Shown here: piece by piece, positions 29,631 through 40,183 of the stretch
How positions within the stretch are numbered: position 1 is the first letter of the stretch
How the letters are laid out: the number at the start of each line of letters is the position of its first letter
Program-made: the position numbers and the translations under genes
Assembly: GCA_030695305.1 (NCBI GenBank)
Contig: JAUYTB010000119.1
Span: 1-44,798, forward strand
From: Bacteroidales bacterium
GTDB taxonomy: Bacteria; Bacteroidota; Bacteroidia; Bacteroidales; UBA932
DNA length: 44,798 nucleotides
Reading direction: 5' to 3'
Notes under the pieces: generated by a model
The model's input: the letters and a program-made list of their open reading frames with translations, nothing else
Databases searched by the model: none
Told to the model about the DNA's origin: nothing

Positions 29631-30236
29631 ATGTTGGACCAGAGTGCATATGATTTAAAAAATGGCTCGATGAGAGCTTTCGAAGAGGTTTACCTCAAAC
29701 TTCTAAATAAAGTTACATATTTTGCATATCAGTACCTTAATGATATCACCCGGTCCAAATGTGTAGCTCATGATGTCTTTTTAACTCTTTGGGAGAACAG
29801 AAGTGCCATTGATCCGCAAGGGAATTTGCAATCTTACATCCTGACTATAACAAGGAATAAGTGTATTAACATTTTACGACATAGTCAGGTAGAGTCAAGA
29901 CATCACTCCAATGAGTCGAGGGGGGTTCAGGTGTTTAATTTAGAGGCATTGAGTGATATCTCCTCCGAAGTACTTTTAAGGAACGAAGTCATATCTCAGC
30001 TTGGACGTGTTCTTAAGATGATGCCGGAGAAGACTAAAGAGGCATTTGTTATGAGCAGGTTCAATAGGAAAAGTTACGAAGAGATTGCAAAAATACACGG
30101 TGTGACCGTAAAAAATGTGGAGTATAGGATAATGCAGGCATTGAAAATTCTCAGGAGAGAGTTTGCAGATTATTTACCGGCTATCTTAGGGTTATTTGTC
30201 GCCAGCTTGTATAGTATTTGTAGGATTGTTTTATGA
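29631..30236 (+). CDS. ECF RNA polymerase sigma-70 factor (Bacteroides expansion type)
   Basis: HDVFLTLWENR, RNKCINILRH, SYEEIA...VKNVEYRI; precedes fecR/susC. Confidence 0.9.
   Translation: MLDQSAYDLKNGSMRAFEEVYLKLLNKVTYFAYQYLNDITRSKCVAHDVFLTLWENRSAIDPQGNLQSYILTITRNKCINILRHSQVESRHHSNESRGVQVFNLEALSDISSEVLLRNEVISQLGRVLKMMPEKTKEAFVMSRFNRKSYEEIAKIHGVTVKNVEYRIMQALKILRREFADYLPAILGLFVASLYSICRIVL
30186..30214 (+). promoter_or_regulatory. Candidate ECF promoter upstream of fecR
   Basis: TTAGGGTT-N14-TGTATAG, identical motif and spacing to 31277-31305. Confidence 0.65.
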
Positions 30237-31261
30237 AAAAGGAGCTGTTAATAAAATTTATTGAGGGGAAGGCCTCTCATCAGGAGCAGGAAGAGGTGCT
30301 GGAATGGGCAGAGAGAGACGCTGCCAATAAAAGGTATCTAATATTACTTAAAAACCTCTCTGTAATGACCTCTTTGCCAGAAGATGAGGCACATAAAGAG
30401 GAGTTTAACTCTTTTAAAGAGACTAGGTTAAACAGAAATAACAGAACTATTTTTAGATGGCGTCCTGTTTATGGCAGGGTATCGGCCGCCCTCTTTTTGC
30501 TGGCGTTGGTTCTCAACTTTTACCAGTTTTTCAACACCCCCTCCACACCACAAGATTCGTTTGTCCGGAGTGATTCTCTCCTGCAAAAAGCAAGAGTTAT
30601 CAATAAACTTAGCTTCTATACCAATAAAGGGGTCAAAGGTATTGTAACTCTCCCGGACAGCTCAGTTGTGTGGCTAAACTCAGATACCCGGATTACCTAT
30701 CCGGAGAGGTTCAACGGAGAGTTCCGCGAAGTGGAGATATCGGGAGAGGCCTATTTTGAGGTGAGGAGCAATCCGGATACTGCAATGATTGTAACAACAA
30801 ACAAAGGACTTAAAATTCAGGTTTTAGGGACCAAGTTTCTTATACGATCCTATGAAGATGACGACGAAGAGCAGGCAACCCTCTTTTCCGGATCTATTAA
30901 GCTGATCTCTTCAAACAAGAGAAGCAGAAGAGAGATTGTAAGAGAGCTTAAACCACTGGAGTCTGTTATTGTAGATAAGCAAAATAGCATGAGGCTTATA
31001 CGTAATGCCGATACTCTCAGGACGGCGGCATGGAGAAACGGTATGCTTATTTTTGAAGAGACCCCTATAAATGAGGTTCTTAAGATGCTTGAGAGGTGGC
31101 ATGGTACCGAGTTCATAATAACAGACAAATCCATACTCTCCTGCAAGATTACGGCTCAGTTTAAATCGGAGTCTATTGTACAGATTATGGAGATAATAAA
31201 ATTCTGTTCACCAATAGATTATAAAATTATTGAGCGTCAGATATTCTTATCTGGAAGATAA
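30233..31261 (+). CDS. FecR family anti-sigma factor
   Basis: TM helix, LPDSSVVWLNSDT, GEAYFEV, VLGTKF, LERWHG. Confidence 0.92.
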   Translation: MKKELLIKFIEGKASHQEQEEVLEWAERDAANKRYLILLKNLSVMTSLPEDEAHKEEFNSFKETRLNRNNRTIFRWRPVYGRVSAALFLLALVLNFYQFFNTPSTPQDSFVRSDSLLQKARVINKLSFYTNKGVKGIVTLPDSSVVWLNSDTRITYPERFNGEFREVEISGEAYFEVRSNPDTAMIVTTNKGLKIQVLGTKFLIRSYEDDDEEQATLFSGSIKLISSNKRSRREIVRELKPLESVIVDKQNSMRLIRNADTLRTAAWRNGMLIFEETPINEVLKMLERWHGTEFIITDKSILSCKITAQFKSESIVQIMEIIKFCSPIDYKIIERQIFLSGR

Positions 31262-31276
31262 ATAATTCCGGTCTGT

Positions 31277-31305
31277 TTAGGGTTTTATTTTTCTGAAATG
31301 TATAG
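31277..31305 (+). promoter_or_regulatory. Candidate ECF promoter upstream of susC
   Basis: TTAGGGTT-N14-TGTATAG, 36 nt before the ATG. Confidence 0.65.
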
Positions 31306-31341
31306 AATAGAGAAGCCATAAACTACCTAATCTTATTATTT

Positions 31342-34300
31342 ATGAAAGCATACTTCCGAGTACTGATAATCCTTTCGGGGTTATTATTATTGTGCAGTAC
31401 CAGCTCTTACGCACAAAAGATTACACTAAACTACAGCAGAACGCCTCTTAAAACAATTCTAAAAGGGATTGAAAAGCAGTGCGATTACACTTTCGTCTAC
31501 TCCAATGCACTTAACGGGATTGAGGAAAATGTTGATATTTCTGCTAAAGATGAACAACTTGAGTTAATTCTCAAGAGACTTCTGGAGCCAAAAAACATTG
31601 TCTATAAGATTACTGAGAAGCAGATAGTCTTAACTCCCAGAGGACTCGTCCCTCCGGAAAATATTCCCACTACTGCCGCTACAGAACCGGTAAACCAAGC
31701 CAAGTTATCTGTAAAGGGAGTTATAAAGGACAGAGAGAGCGGAGAGCCCATACCGTACGCAACAATAGTTGTTAAGGAGAACAGGACAATAGGGGCTATA
31801 ACTGACTTGAAAGGAGATTTTACAATAACTCCGGACAATGGCACACAGACTCTGGTAATTAGCTTTATTGGGTATAAAACCGAGGAGGTAAGGATCAACA
31901 ACAGAGCTGTGATTAATCTGGAGTTGGTTCCGGAGTTAACAAGCCTTGACGAGGTAATGGTTGTAGCATATGGTACAGCTACAAGAGGCTCTTTTACAGG
32001 CTCAGCAGGTAAAATGGATTCTAAGAAACTAGAATTAAGACCAGTTACAAATGTTACAAACGCTCTTTCCGGAATTACTCCCGGAGTGCAGCTTAACTCA
32101 GCCAACGGACACCCGGGGTCAAGTGCCAATATCCGTATTAGAGGTATAGGCTCTATCAATGCAAGCAATGATCCGCTGATAATTCTGGATGGTATGCCCT
32201 ATGCAGGGTTGATTTCAAACATAAATCCATCTGATATCGAGAGTCTTACCGTGCTTAAGGATGCTTCATCATCTGCTCTTTACGGAGCAAGAGCTGCCAA
32301 TGGTGTGGTTGTAATAACTACCAAAAAGGGTATTTCGGAGAAGACTCAAATCTCTGTAAAAATTGTAAATGGCTTTACATCCAGGCAGATGCATGAGTAC
32401 GACAGAGTAGGAATACCGGATTATATGGAGCTTTACTGGGAAAACCTAAAGAATAAGGCTGTTCGCGGAGGTATGAGTGACGATCAGGCCAGAATACAGG
32501 CCTCAAATAATCTTATCTCCCAGCTTGCATATAACCCATATAACCTTGCACCGGCACAGGTTGTAGGAACAGATGGTAAACTAAATTCTGCTGCAAAGTT
32601 TCTTTGGAGTGACGATGTGGATTGGGCCAGGGCAGTACAGCAGCGTGGACATACTCAGGATTACTCTCTCTCAATAAATGGGAGAAATGCCACAACAGAT
32701 TACTATGCTTCATTTGGTTATACAAATGAGAAAGGTTATATAATAGGATCAGATTTTCAAAGATACTCTGCCAGGACAAATATCAACTCTAAGTTGACAT
32801 CATGGTTCAAAGCAGGTATTAATCTTGGTGCAAATATCAGCACAAGCGGAGGACTGCAGGACGAAGGGATGGGTAATTTCTCCAACCCTTTTCTCTTTAC
32901 CAGATATATAGGCCCTATCTACCCTATTCATATTCATAATCCTAACGATGGCTCTTATGTGCTTGACGAGAACGGTGCAAAAAGGTACGATTTTGGAGTA
33001 GGATATATGCTCGACGGTGGTATCGCCTATCCAAAACGTGATTTTGCATCCGGCACAAATCCGGCAATTGAGCTTCAAAACAGAATAGACAATCTTAAGA
33101 GACAGATGATATCTGCAAAACCATATATTGAGATATCATTTCTAAAGAATTTCAAATTTACTGTTAATGCAGCTGTTACATCCAATGCCTACCTCTCCAC
33201 ATCTGCATCTATTGTCTATCCGGATAAAGGTAATACCAGTGTTGCAAGTAAGTCTAACAGCTTTACCACAACATGGACTGTAAATCAACTCTTAACATGG
33301 GATAGATCATTTGGAAAACACAAAGTTGATGCTCTTGCAGGTCATGAGAGCTATAGTTATGAGTATAATTATCTCTCAGCCTCACTTAGAGACCAGATAT
33401 TCTCCGGCAACTACGAACTAGCCAACTATGTAAATATCAATGTTCAGCCCAATTCATATACAAATACTTACAGAACAGAGGGGTATCTCTCTCGTCTCAA
33501 TTACAGTTTTGATGAGAAGTATGTGGTTTCTGTCTCATTTAGAAGAGATGGCACTTCCCGGTTTTATCAAGATTCAAGATGGGGAAATTTCTGGTCTGTG
33601 GGAGGTGCATGGAGATTAGAGAGGGAGGAGTTTATTAAAAAAATAAAATTTATAGATGCATTGAAAATCAGGGCATCATTCGGACAAGTAGGAAATGATG
33701 ATATTGGAAGTTACTACCCATGGCAGGCCCTGTATGGCAAATCTCAAAACGCAAATGAACCGGGTTATGTCCAGAGTACACTTGGCAATAAAAGTCTTAA
33801 GTGGGAGGTAAACAGTAGTTTTGATACAGCAATTGAGTTTGGACTCTTTGGCTTCTTAAGAGGATCCGCAGAGTACTTCCACCGGGAGTCGAGCAATCTG
33901 CTATTCTCTGTTCCCCTCTCTCCTGCCTCTGGAATCGCTTCACAAGATCTAAACTCCGGATCGATGTTCAACTCAGGATTGGAATTTGAGTTGGGAGTAG
34001 ATATTATTAAAAGAGACAATCTTAAGTGGAGTGCTGATATTAACGGTACTCTGCTTAAGAACAAAATAACAAAACTCCCGAGAGATCCTTACAATATCAA
34101 TAACGGTTTTCAAAGGGTAGAGGAGGGTCATTCAAGATATGAGTGGTGGTTGCTGCAGTGGGCCGGTGTAAACCCGGATAACGGAGATGCACTCTACAAG
34201 CCAAAGGAGGGGGCGACATCCCTTGTGACTGTTAATGGGAATAGCTTTACATCCGATATTAATCAGGCGGCCGAAGATTGGTCAGGGACATCTATACCAT

Positions 34301-34794
34301 CTATCTACGGAGGATTGCAGTCAAGCATTACCTACAGGAATTTCACCCTCTCTGCCCTTCTTTACTACCAGTTTGGAGGAAAAATGTATGACTTTACCTA
34401 CTCTAACCTAATGTCTCCGAATAATAGAGCCAATCAGTCTCTTCACACCGATATTCTATCAAGATGGAGTGCTCCCGGTCAGGTGACAGATGTGCCAAGA
34501 CTCGATGATGGAAATGCTGCGTTAAGCTTAAGGGCACAAAGGTCAACCAGATGGTTAATAAGCTCCGATATGGTTGAATTTAAGAATTTCAGTATCTCTT
34601 ATAATGTGCCAAGACGATTGATAGAGAAGGCGGGAATTACAAGTATGAGAATTTATGCCTCCGGAGATAATCTCTTTGTATTTAATAAGCGTAAAGGCAT
34701 GAATTCTAACTATAGTCTAAACGGTTATGACAATAACGGAGACAGATACTCTCCTTCCAGAACAATTGTAATAGGGGTTAACTTTAACTTATAA
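31342..34794 (+). CDS. susC: SusC/RagA TonB-dependent transporter with N-terminal STN signalling domain
   Basis: STN-like N-terminus, LDEVMVVAYG, IRIRG, NPSDIESLTVLKDASSSALYGARAANGVVVITTKKG, LKWE, C-terminal NFNL. Confidence 0.93.
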   Translation: MKAYFRVLIILSGLLLLCSTSSYAQKITLNYSRTPLKTILKGIEKQCDYTFVYSNALNGIEENVDISAKDEQLELILKRLLEPKNIVYKITEKQIVLTPRGLVPPENIPTTAATEPVNQAKLSVKGVIKDRESGEPIPYATIVVKENRTIGAITDLKGDFTITPDNGTQTLVISFIGYKTEEVRINNRAVINLELVPELTSLDEVMVVAYGTATRGSFTGSAGKMDSKKLELRPVTNVTNALSGITPGVQLNSANGHPGSSANIRIRGIGSINASNDPLIILDGMPYAGLISNINPSDIESLTVLKDASSSALYGARAANGVVVITTKKGISEKTQISVKIVNGFTSRQMHEYDRVGIPDYMELYWENLKNKAVRGGMSDDQARIQASNNLISQLAYNPYNLAPAQVVGTDGKLNSAAKFLWSDDVDWARAVQQRGHTQDYSLSINGRNATTDYYASFGYTNEKGYIIGSDFQRYSARTNINSKLTSWFKAGINLGANISTSGGLQDEGMGNFSNPFLFTRYIGPIYPIHIHNPNDGSYVLDENGAKRYDFGVGYMLDGGIAYPKRDFASGTNPAIELQNRIDNLKRQMISAKPYIEISFLKNFKFTVNAAVTSNAYLSTSASIVYPDKGNTSVASKSNSFTTTWTVNQLLTWDRSFGKHKVDALAGHESYSYEYNYLSASLRDQIFSGNYELANYVNINVQPNSYTNTYRTEGYLSRLNYSFDEKYVVSVSFRRDGTSRFYQDSRWGNFWSVGGAWRLEREEFIKKIKFIDALKIRASFGQVGNDDIGSYYPWQALYGKSQNANEPGYVQSTLGNKSLKWEVNSSFDTAIEFGLFGFLRGSAEYFHRESSNLLFSVPLSPASGIASQDLNSGSMFNSGLEFELGVDIIKRDNLKWSADINGTLLKNKITKLPRDPYNINNGFQRVEEGHSRYEWWLLQWAGVNPDNGDALYKPKEGATSLVTVNGNSFTSDINQAAEDWSGTSIPSIYGGLQSSITYRNFTLSALLYYQFGGKMYDFTYSNLMSPNNRANQSLHTDILSRWSAPGQVTDVPRLDDGNAALSLRAQRSTRWLISSDMVEFKNFSISYNVPRRLIEKAGITSMRIYASGDNLFVFNKRKGMNSNYSLNGYDNNGDRYSPSRTIVIGVNFNL

Positions 34795-34806
34795 AATCGG
34801 GAAAAG

Positions 34807-36405
34807 ATGAAAAAATTATATTTTTTAGTAAGCTTGTCGCTGATACTTGCCTCTTGCAGCAAGGATTTTCTTGAGACAAGATCTACACAAAGTACAGACG
34901 AAGCAACAATCTTCAACTCCACATCAGATGCTTTGATGGCAATAAATGGAATCCATAGATTGATGTATGAGGGGTCAGGAACTACCGGTACCTCTACAAG
35001 TTGGTTTGGACAAGGTGGTTATCAGACCTTTATCCTTAATTTAGCCATGATGAGCGATGATGTTGTATATACTCGAAACAACCCTGTCTTCCAGACAGCT
35101 GCAACATGGATAATGCATCGTAACCCATCAGATAAAGATCTTACCTACTACTATCGCTTCTTCTACAGAATAATTGGAAATACAAACAAAGTTCTTGGAA
35201 ACATAGACAATGTTACCGGCCCTTCTCAGGAGAGAGATAATATTAAGGGCCAGGCATTGGTCTACAGGGCTTTTGCTCATTTTAATCTTATCCAGTGTTT
35301 TGGAGAGAGATACAGACGTGGAGAGCAGAACACTCAACCGGGAGTTATTCTTAAAACCGATAATCTGCTTGAGCCCCTACCAAGATCTTCGGTAGAAGAT
35401 GTTTATAAACAGATAAATGAAGATCTGGATGAGGCAATTAACCTTATGAAGAGTCTTACTGTTAAAAAGGAGAATAGATCTCATATAGACGTCCATGTGG
35501 CCAGAACAATTAAGGCAAGAGTGCTGATGGTGCAGGGCAGATGGTCTGAGGCGGCAGCTGTAGCAAGAGAGGTGATTACTCTCTCAGGCAGATCGCTTCA
35601 GAGTAACACCTATGTAACCATCGACCAAAGGATGAGTGATATGAATAATACCGAGTGGATATGGGGAAAGTATGCGATTCAGGATCAGGCGGGTAGTCTT
35701 AGAGACTGGCACAGCTTTATATCAAATATGAATGTAAGTTACAATAGGAATACCCCAAGAGCAATTTATAATCTTCTGTATAACAAAATATCATCCACAG
35801 ATGTAAGAAAGAGCGTGTGGTTCCCAAGAGCACAGGATAGAAACTTTATTCCTCAGCCGATTATCCCGCCAAATGGGAATAAAAGAAACTTTATGTCCAA
35901 TAAATGGTTGCTCACAAACAATACCGACAAATGTGCCGATCTTGCTTATATAAGATTGCCGGAGCTAATGCTTATTGAGGCAGAGGCACTTGCCAGACAG
36001 TCTAAATGGGGTGATGCGGCTAATGCCCTTTTCCCACTGGCAAAGCACCGAGACCCTGCATATGTTTTGTCAACAAAAACAGGAGATGACCTTCTTGAGG
36101 AGATTATGACTCAACGCAGGATTGAACTTTGGGCAGAAGGATTCAGATGGTTCGATCTAAAGAGGTTAAATTTACCTCTTGACAGAGGTCCAAAGCCAAG
36201 GGATGGTTATAATCAAGGTGGATGGAACAGTAGCACTGTAATGCCAACTAATGTGGATCCTCTTGCATCTAACTATAATATGTATGACGAACAGGGTATG
36301 GGAGAGGCAAATAGATTCAGAGCAGCTGGACATAAAGAGTGGCAGTGGCTCTTCCCGGAGGCAGAGGTTAGTGCAAATAGCAAACTGCTTCAAAACCCTA
36401 TCTAA
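34807..36405 (+). CDS. susD: SusD/RagB substrate-binding lipoprotein
   Basis: Lipobox LASC, RAFAHFNL, RLPELMLIEAEA, RRIELWAEGFRWFDLKR, QNP. Confidence 0.92.
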   Translation: MKKLYFLVSLSLILASCSKDFLETRSTQSTDEATIFNSTSDALMAINGIHRLMYEGSGTTGTSTSWFGQGGYQTFILNLAMMSDDVVYTRNNPVFQTAATWIMHRNPSDKDLTYYYRFFYRIIGNTNKVLGNIDNVTGPSQERDNIKGQALVYRAFAHFNLIQCFGERYRRGEQNTQPGVILKTDNLLEPLPRSSVEDVYKQINEDLDEAINLMKSLTVKKENRSHIDVHVARTIKARVLMVQGRWSEAAAVAREVITLSGRSLQSNTYVTIDQRMSDMNNTEWIWGKYAIQDQAGSLRDWHSFISNMNVSYNRNTPRAIYNLLYNKISSTDVRKSVWFPRAQDRNFIPQPIIPPNGNKRNFMSNKWLLTNNTDKCADLAYIRLPELMLIEAEALARQSKWGDAANALFPLAKHRDPAYVLSTKTGDDLLEEIMTQRRIELWAEGFRWFDLKRLNLPLDRGPKPRDGYNQGGWNSSTVMPTNVDPLASNYNMYDEQGMGEANRFRAAGHKEWQWLFPEAEVSANSKLLQNPI

Positions 36406-36425
36406 AAATTGTTTAACCCAATATT

Positions 36426-37637
36426 ATGAAAAAGCTTAATCTTCTTTTAATATTAATTACAGTGTTGCTGACAGCTCCTTTTGAGGCAATATCCTGTACA
36501 TCCGTGATAATTACTGGAAAAGCGACTAAGGATGGCCGTCCGCTTATGTGGAAAAACACAGATACCCAAAACATGAATCATCGTCTTATCTACTCAGCTT
36601 TTAGAGGGTATCCGCTTATTGGCGTTGTCAGGAGTGATGCCATAGATGAGACAAAGGCTAGTATCTGGGTAGGGACAAACTCACACGGCTTCTCTATCAT
36701 GAACACAATGTCATACAATATTAGTGAGGAGATTAGCGGATCTAATAATGGTGCTCTTATGAGAAGAGCTCTTGAGGTTTGCAGGAGTGTAGAGGAGTTT
36801 CGCCACTTCCTTGACACTCTTGCGCGCCCTATGAAGGTCTCTGCAAATTATGGTGTTATTGATGCCACTGGTGGTGCTGCATTCTTTGAGACTCACTCAA
36901 ACGGGTACTATATGTTGGATGTGAACAACCCCTCTGTAGCCCCCAATGGTTATCTTGTTTACACAAACTTCTCATATAATGGAATATATGAAAAAGGGCA
37001 GGGATATATTAGATATCAGACAGCATCTGATATCTTTGCAAGGGGAGCTCCTGCAAAGGAGTTTTCGGTTCAATGGATACTAAATAACCTCTCCAGATCT
37101 TTCTACCATTCCCTTATGGGAGTTGATTTTAAAAACGCAGATGTTTTGAAACTCTTTACAACAGGGTATGTTCCTGATTCAGACTTTATCCCCAGAAAAA
37201 GCACAGCCAACACCTGTGTCATTCAAGGGGTAAAGCCAGGAGAGGACCCATCCCTAACAACCTTCTGGGCTGTTTTGGGATACCCTCCAACCTCCGTTGC
37301 AATTCCTGCATGGGTAAAGATGGGTGACGACATCCCTTATCTGTTAAGAAAACGGGATGGGTCATACAACTCAAGGATGTGTGATATGGCACTTGTACTC
37401 AAGGAGAGAGTCTTCTCTGTAGAGCGTGGAAACGGGGAAAAATATCTGAATATTAAAACTTTATATAATAGTAACGGGACAGGTTATATGCAGATTCTTG
37501 CTCCAATAGAGGAGAATATCTTTGAAAAGAGTGCCAAAGAGATGGAGATATGGAGAAGAGATGGTGTAGATGAAAAAAAGATGAGAACATTAGGAAAAGA
37601 TATTTGTGATTATATTGATAAAAATTTTATTAAATGA
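36426..37637 (+). CDS. Secreted Ntn-hydrolase (peptidase C45/C69, isopenicillin-N acyltransferase-like)
   Basis: Signal peptide followed by CTSVIITGKATKDGRPLMWKNTD (N-terminal nucleophile Cys), GTNSHG, NYGVIDA, TNFS. Confidence 0.78.
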   Translation: MKKLNLLLILITVLLTAPFEAISCTSVIITGKATKDGRPLMWKNTDTQNMNHRLIYSAFRGYPLIGVVRSDAIDETKASIWVGTNSHGFSIMNTMSYNISEEISGSNNGALMRRALEVCRSVEEFRHFLDTLARPMKVSANYGVIDATGGAAFFETHSNGYYMLDVNNPSVAPNGYLVYTNFSYNGIYEKGQGYIRYQTASDIFARGAPAKEFSVQWILNNLSRSFYHSLMGVDFKNADVLKLFTTGYVPDSDFIPRKSTANTCVIQGVKPGEDPSLTTFWAVLGYPPTSVAIPAWVKMGDDIPYLLRKRDGSYNSRMCDMALVLKERVFSVERGNGEKYLNIKTLYNSNGTGYMQILAPIEENIFEKSAKEMEIWRRDGVDEKKMRTLGKDICDYIDKNFIK

Positions 37638-38635
37638 ACATTATGTCAAGAGTGAGTCATTACAGATTAGTTATTAAGGGGGTAATCTATTCGGCGCTGT
37701 TATTAGCGGCACTTAATCTCACCGGTTGCGGAAAAACAATTCAGCCACCTGCTTCACAAGAGAAACCTGTAATCAAAGAAGAGCCACAGCAGGGCTTTAA
37801 GCGTGTCAAATACGATACCGGGTTTATCGAATACCGTACAGGTAATTATCCACTGATAATATCAATACCTCATGGCGGCTCTCTTGTAACAGATAATCTT
37901 CCGGTAAGAACCAAAGAAAATTGCCCTGACCCTTCATTCACAACTGTTTATGACACATATACACCCGAACTGGGAGAGCTGGTCGACTCTATTGTTTTTG
38001 CCAGAACAGGAAAATATGCTCATATAATATACTGCAAACTAAAAAGAACGTATGTAGATATGAATCGTCAGACTGAGTATGCAATTCCTCAGGGGAGCAC
38101 AGCTACAAAGAGTGTATATGATAAATATCACGACTTTATTATAGAGGCAAAATCAAGTGTAACAAAGAGTTTCGGAACGGGGTTGATCCTCGATTTTCAC
38201 TCACATGGTCATGCAAAGCAGGAGGTTGAGATTGGTTATCAACTAAGCTCTTCCGTTCTTAATTTGAATGATAACGAGTTAAATAAGGAGAGCGTTGCGG
38301 CCTCATCCGGGATATATAATCTCTACAAGAGTGTCAGTTCAAAAACCACCTTCTCACAACTTATCAGAGGAGATAACTCTTTTGGGACAATCTTTTACAA
38401 CAACGGAGTTGCATCTATTCCTTCTAAACAGAGCCCCTCCCCGGCAGAGACACCCTATTTTAGCGGGGGATACATAACAAAGATTCATGGCTCAGGTACA
38501 AGTGGAACTATAGATGCTATTCAGCTTGAGTTTCACTCAGATTGCAGACGTGAACCATCTGTAAGAAAAGTAACGGCAGAACAACTTGTAAAAACTGTAG
38601 ATGAATTCTTTAAAATCAACTATATTTTCAAATAG
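37634..38635 (+). CDS. N-formylglutamate amidohydrolase-family lipoprotein
   Basis: Lipobox LTGC; ISIPHGG, DTYT, VDMNR, YH, LDFHSH, AIQLE. Confidence 0.78.
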   Translation: MNIMSRVSHYRLVIKGVIYSALLLAALNLTGCGKTIQPPASQEKPVIKEEPQQGFKRVKYDTGFIEYRTGNYPLIISIPHGGSLVTDNLPVRTKENCPDPSFTTVYDTYTPELGELVDSIVFARTGKYAHIIYCKLKRTYVDMNRQTEYAIPQGSTATKSVYDKYHDFIIEAKSSVTKSFGTGLILDFHSHGHAKQEVEIGYQLSSSVLNLNDNELNKESVAASSGIYNLYKSVSSKTTFSQLIRGDNSFGTIFYNNGVASIPSKQSPSPAETPYFSGGYITKIHGSGTSGTIDAIQLEFHSDCRREPSVRKVTAEQLVKTVDEFFKINYIFK

Positions 38636-38647
38636 TAACCAGCAATT

Positions 38648-38686
38648 AAAAAAAGAGGCTGCCTAATTGTAGACAGCCTCTTTTTT
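38648..38686. terminator. Bidirectional intrinsic terminator
   Basis: A7-GAGGCTG...CAGCCTC-T6 between convergent genes. Confidence 0.85.
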
Positions 38687-38699
38687 GTTGAATTATTTG

Positions 38700-40145
38700 T
38701 TAATCAAGATATTCTATATCCATATTGTATCTCCATCTGCCAAAGTATAGATTCTCTCCTCTCCATTCAACCTCTCCTCTCTGAAAATCTACTGTCTCAC
38801 TCCTGTGATGTATTTTGGCAGGAAAGAACTCCTGCGAGATATCGTCATTCACTATCAATCTGTATGCATCCATCCCTTTTGTAAAGAAGAAGTATGAGTC
38901 ATCATCACCTTTGGAGCTCTTAACTCTGCCAAAAGATTGATCTACAGGTACCCATCCAATACCCTCAAAATATGCTTCGGCCCAGTCGTGCAGACTCTTA
39001 TTGCCGGGGTGCATCATCCATCCCGATTGCCATTTTGCAGGGATGCCTGCTGCTCTTGCCATTGTTATAAAAAGAAGAGCCACCTGACCACAATCACCGT
39101 GACGGTTTGCAAGTACATACTCGGGAATATTTGGGATAGTAGAGTACTCTCTTGCGCTTGCCCACGGGAATCGCATATCTATCCACTCATATATTTTTCT
39201 TGCCTTAAGATAGGGGTTAGTCTCATCTCCAACTGCATCAATTACAGCATCTTTGATGTTTTTGCTAAAAATGGTATGAGGCGCTCTCTCTTTTGTAAAC
39301 TCTTTATACAAGGCAGATGTTGTATCGTACTCTTTTACTTCGTTTGGTTTAAAAAGATGAAACTGTGCATATGATGTGTAGCTAAACTGGTAGCTAAAAG
39401 CTGTTGGCTCTCCTTTTGTCGCCTTGTCCTCCATATAGATACTTTTGTGTGCATATGTGTCAGGAGAGATAATGTAGTTAGGGTCAGATGTAGAGTGTAG
39501 CTGTATATCTTTGTGAGATTTAGCATCCCCTCTTGGAAAAGGCATCCAAACCCTGATAACTTCACCCTCAGGTACCTCATCTGCCTTTACTGTGAGAGTG
39601 TAGGTAATTCTCATCTTAATAGGGGAGAAGTAAACACTTTTATTGCTTTGGGCATCTCTTACCAGCATAGGAATATGCCACGATAAAAACCTTGTAAGAC
39701 TATCACTTTGCCCTCCATTAGGATATTTAAAATGTTTTGCGGCGGCAGTGTCGATACGAAACAGGTTTCTTCCTGCAGAGTTAAAGTAGAGCTTCTCTCC
39801 ATCTATAATCATGTTCTCTAATGCATTGCTCTTCTCCCATCTCTCTATCTCCTCCATTGTAACCCCGGGATAGTGCCTTTTGATATATGAGATAACAGAG
39901 GTGTCTTGTTGTGAGAAATCTTTTCGGATTCTCTTCATTAGGTCGATCATGAAATTAATCTCATACCTCTCAACAGGAGATAGTGTATCGTTAGCAAGAT
40001 AGAGGGCGGCCATCTTAGAGGCTTCGGTAAAGTCCCCTTTTTCGAATGCTCTCTCTATCAATGCTCTGTCCGGCATTTTGTAAGATAACGACTCTCCGCA
40101 TGCGGTAAGCAGAATGGAGAGTAGTATGAGTGTTATATATCTCAT
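38700..40145 (-). CDS. Transglutaminase-like domain lipoprotein
   Basis: Lipobox LTAC; GDCGQ...ARAAGIPA...HDWAEAYFEGIGWVPVD Cys-His-Asp triad. Confidence 0.88.
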   Translation of the reverse strand: MRYITLILLSILLTACGESLSYKMPDRALIERAFEKGDFTEASKMAALYLANDTLSPVERYEINFMIDLMKRIRKDFSQQDTSVISYIKRHYPGVTMEEIERWEKSNALENMIIDGEKLYFNSAGRNLFRIDTAAAKHFKYPNGGQSDSLTRFLSWHIPMLVRDAQSNKSVYFSPIKMRITYTLTVKADEVPEGEVIRVWMPFPRGDAKSHKDIQLHSTSDPNYIISPDTYAHKSIYMEDKATKGEPTAFSYQFSYTSYAQFHLFKPNEVKEYDTTSALYKEFTKERAPHTIFSKNIKDAVIDAVGDETNPYLKARKIYEWIDMRFPWASAREYSTIPNIPEYVLANRHGDCGQVALLFITMARAAGIPAKWQSGWMMHPGNKSLHDWAEAYFEGIGWVPVDQSFGRVKSSKGDDDSYFFFTKGMDAYRLIVNDDISQEFFPAKIHHRSETVDFQRGEVEWRGENLYFGRWRYNMDIEYLD

Positions 40146-40183
40146 AATTTTATGTATAGATGGTTAGGAAACTAGAGTTGTCG

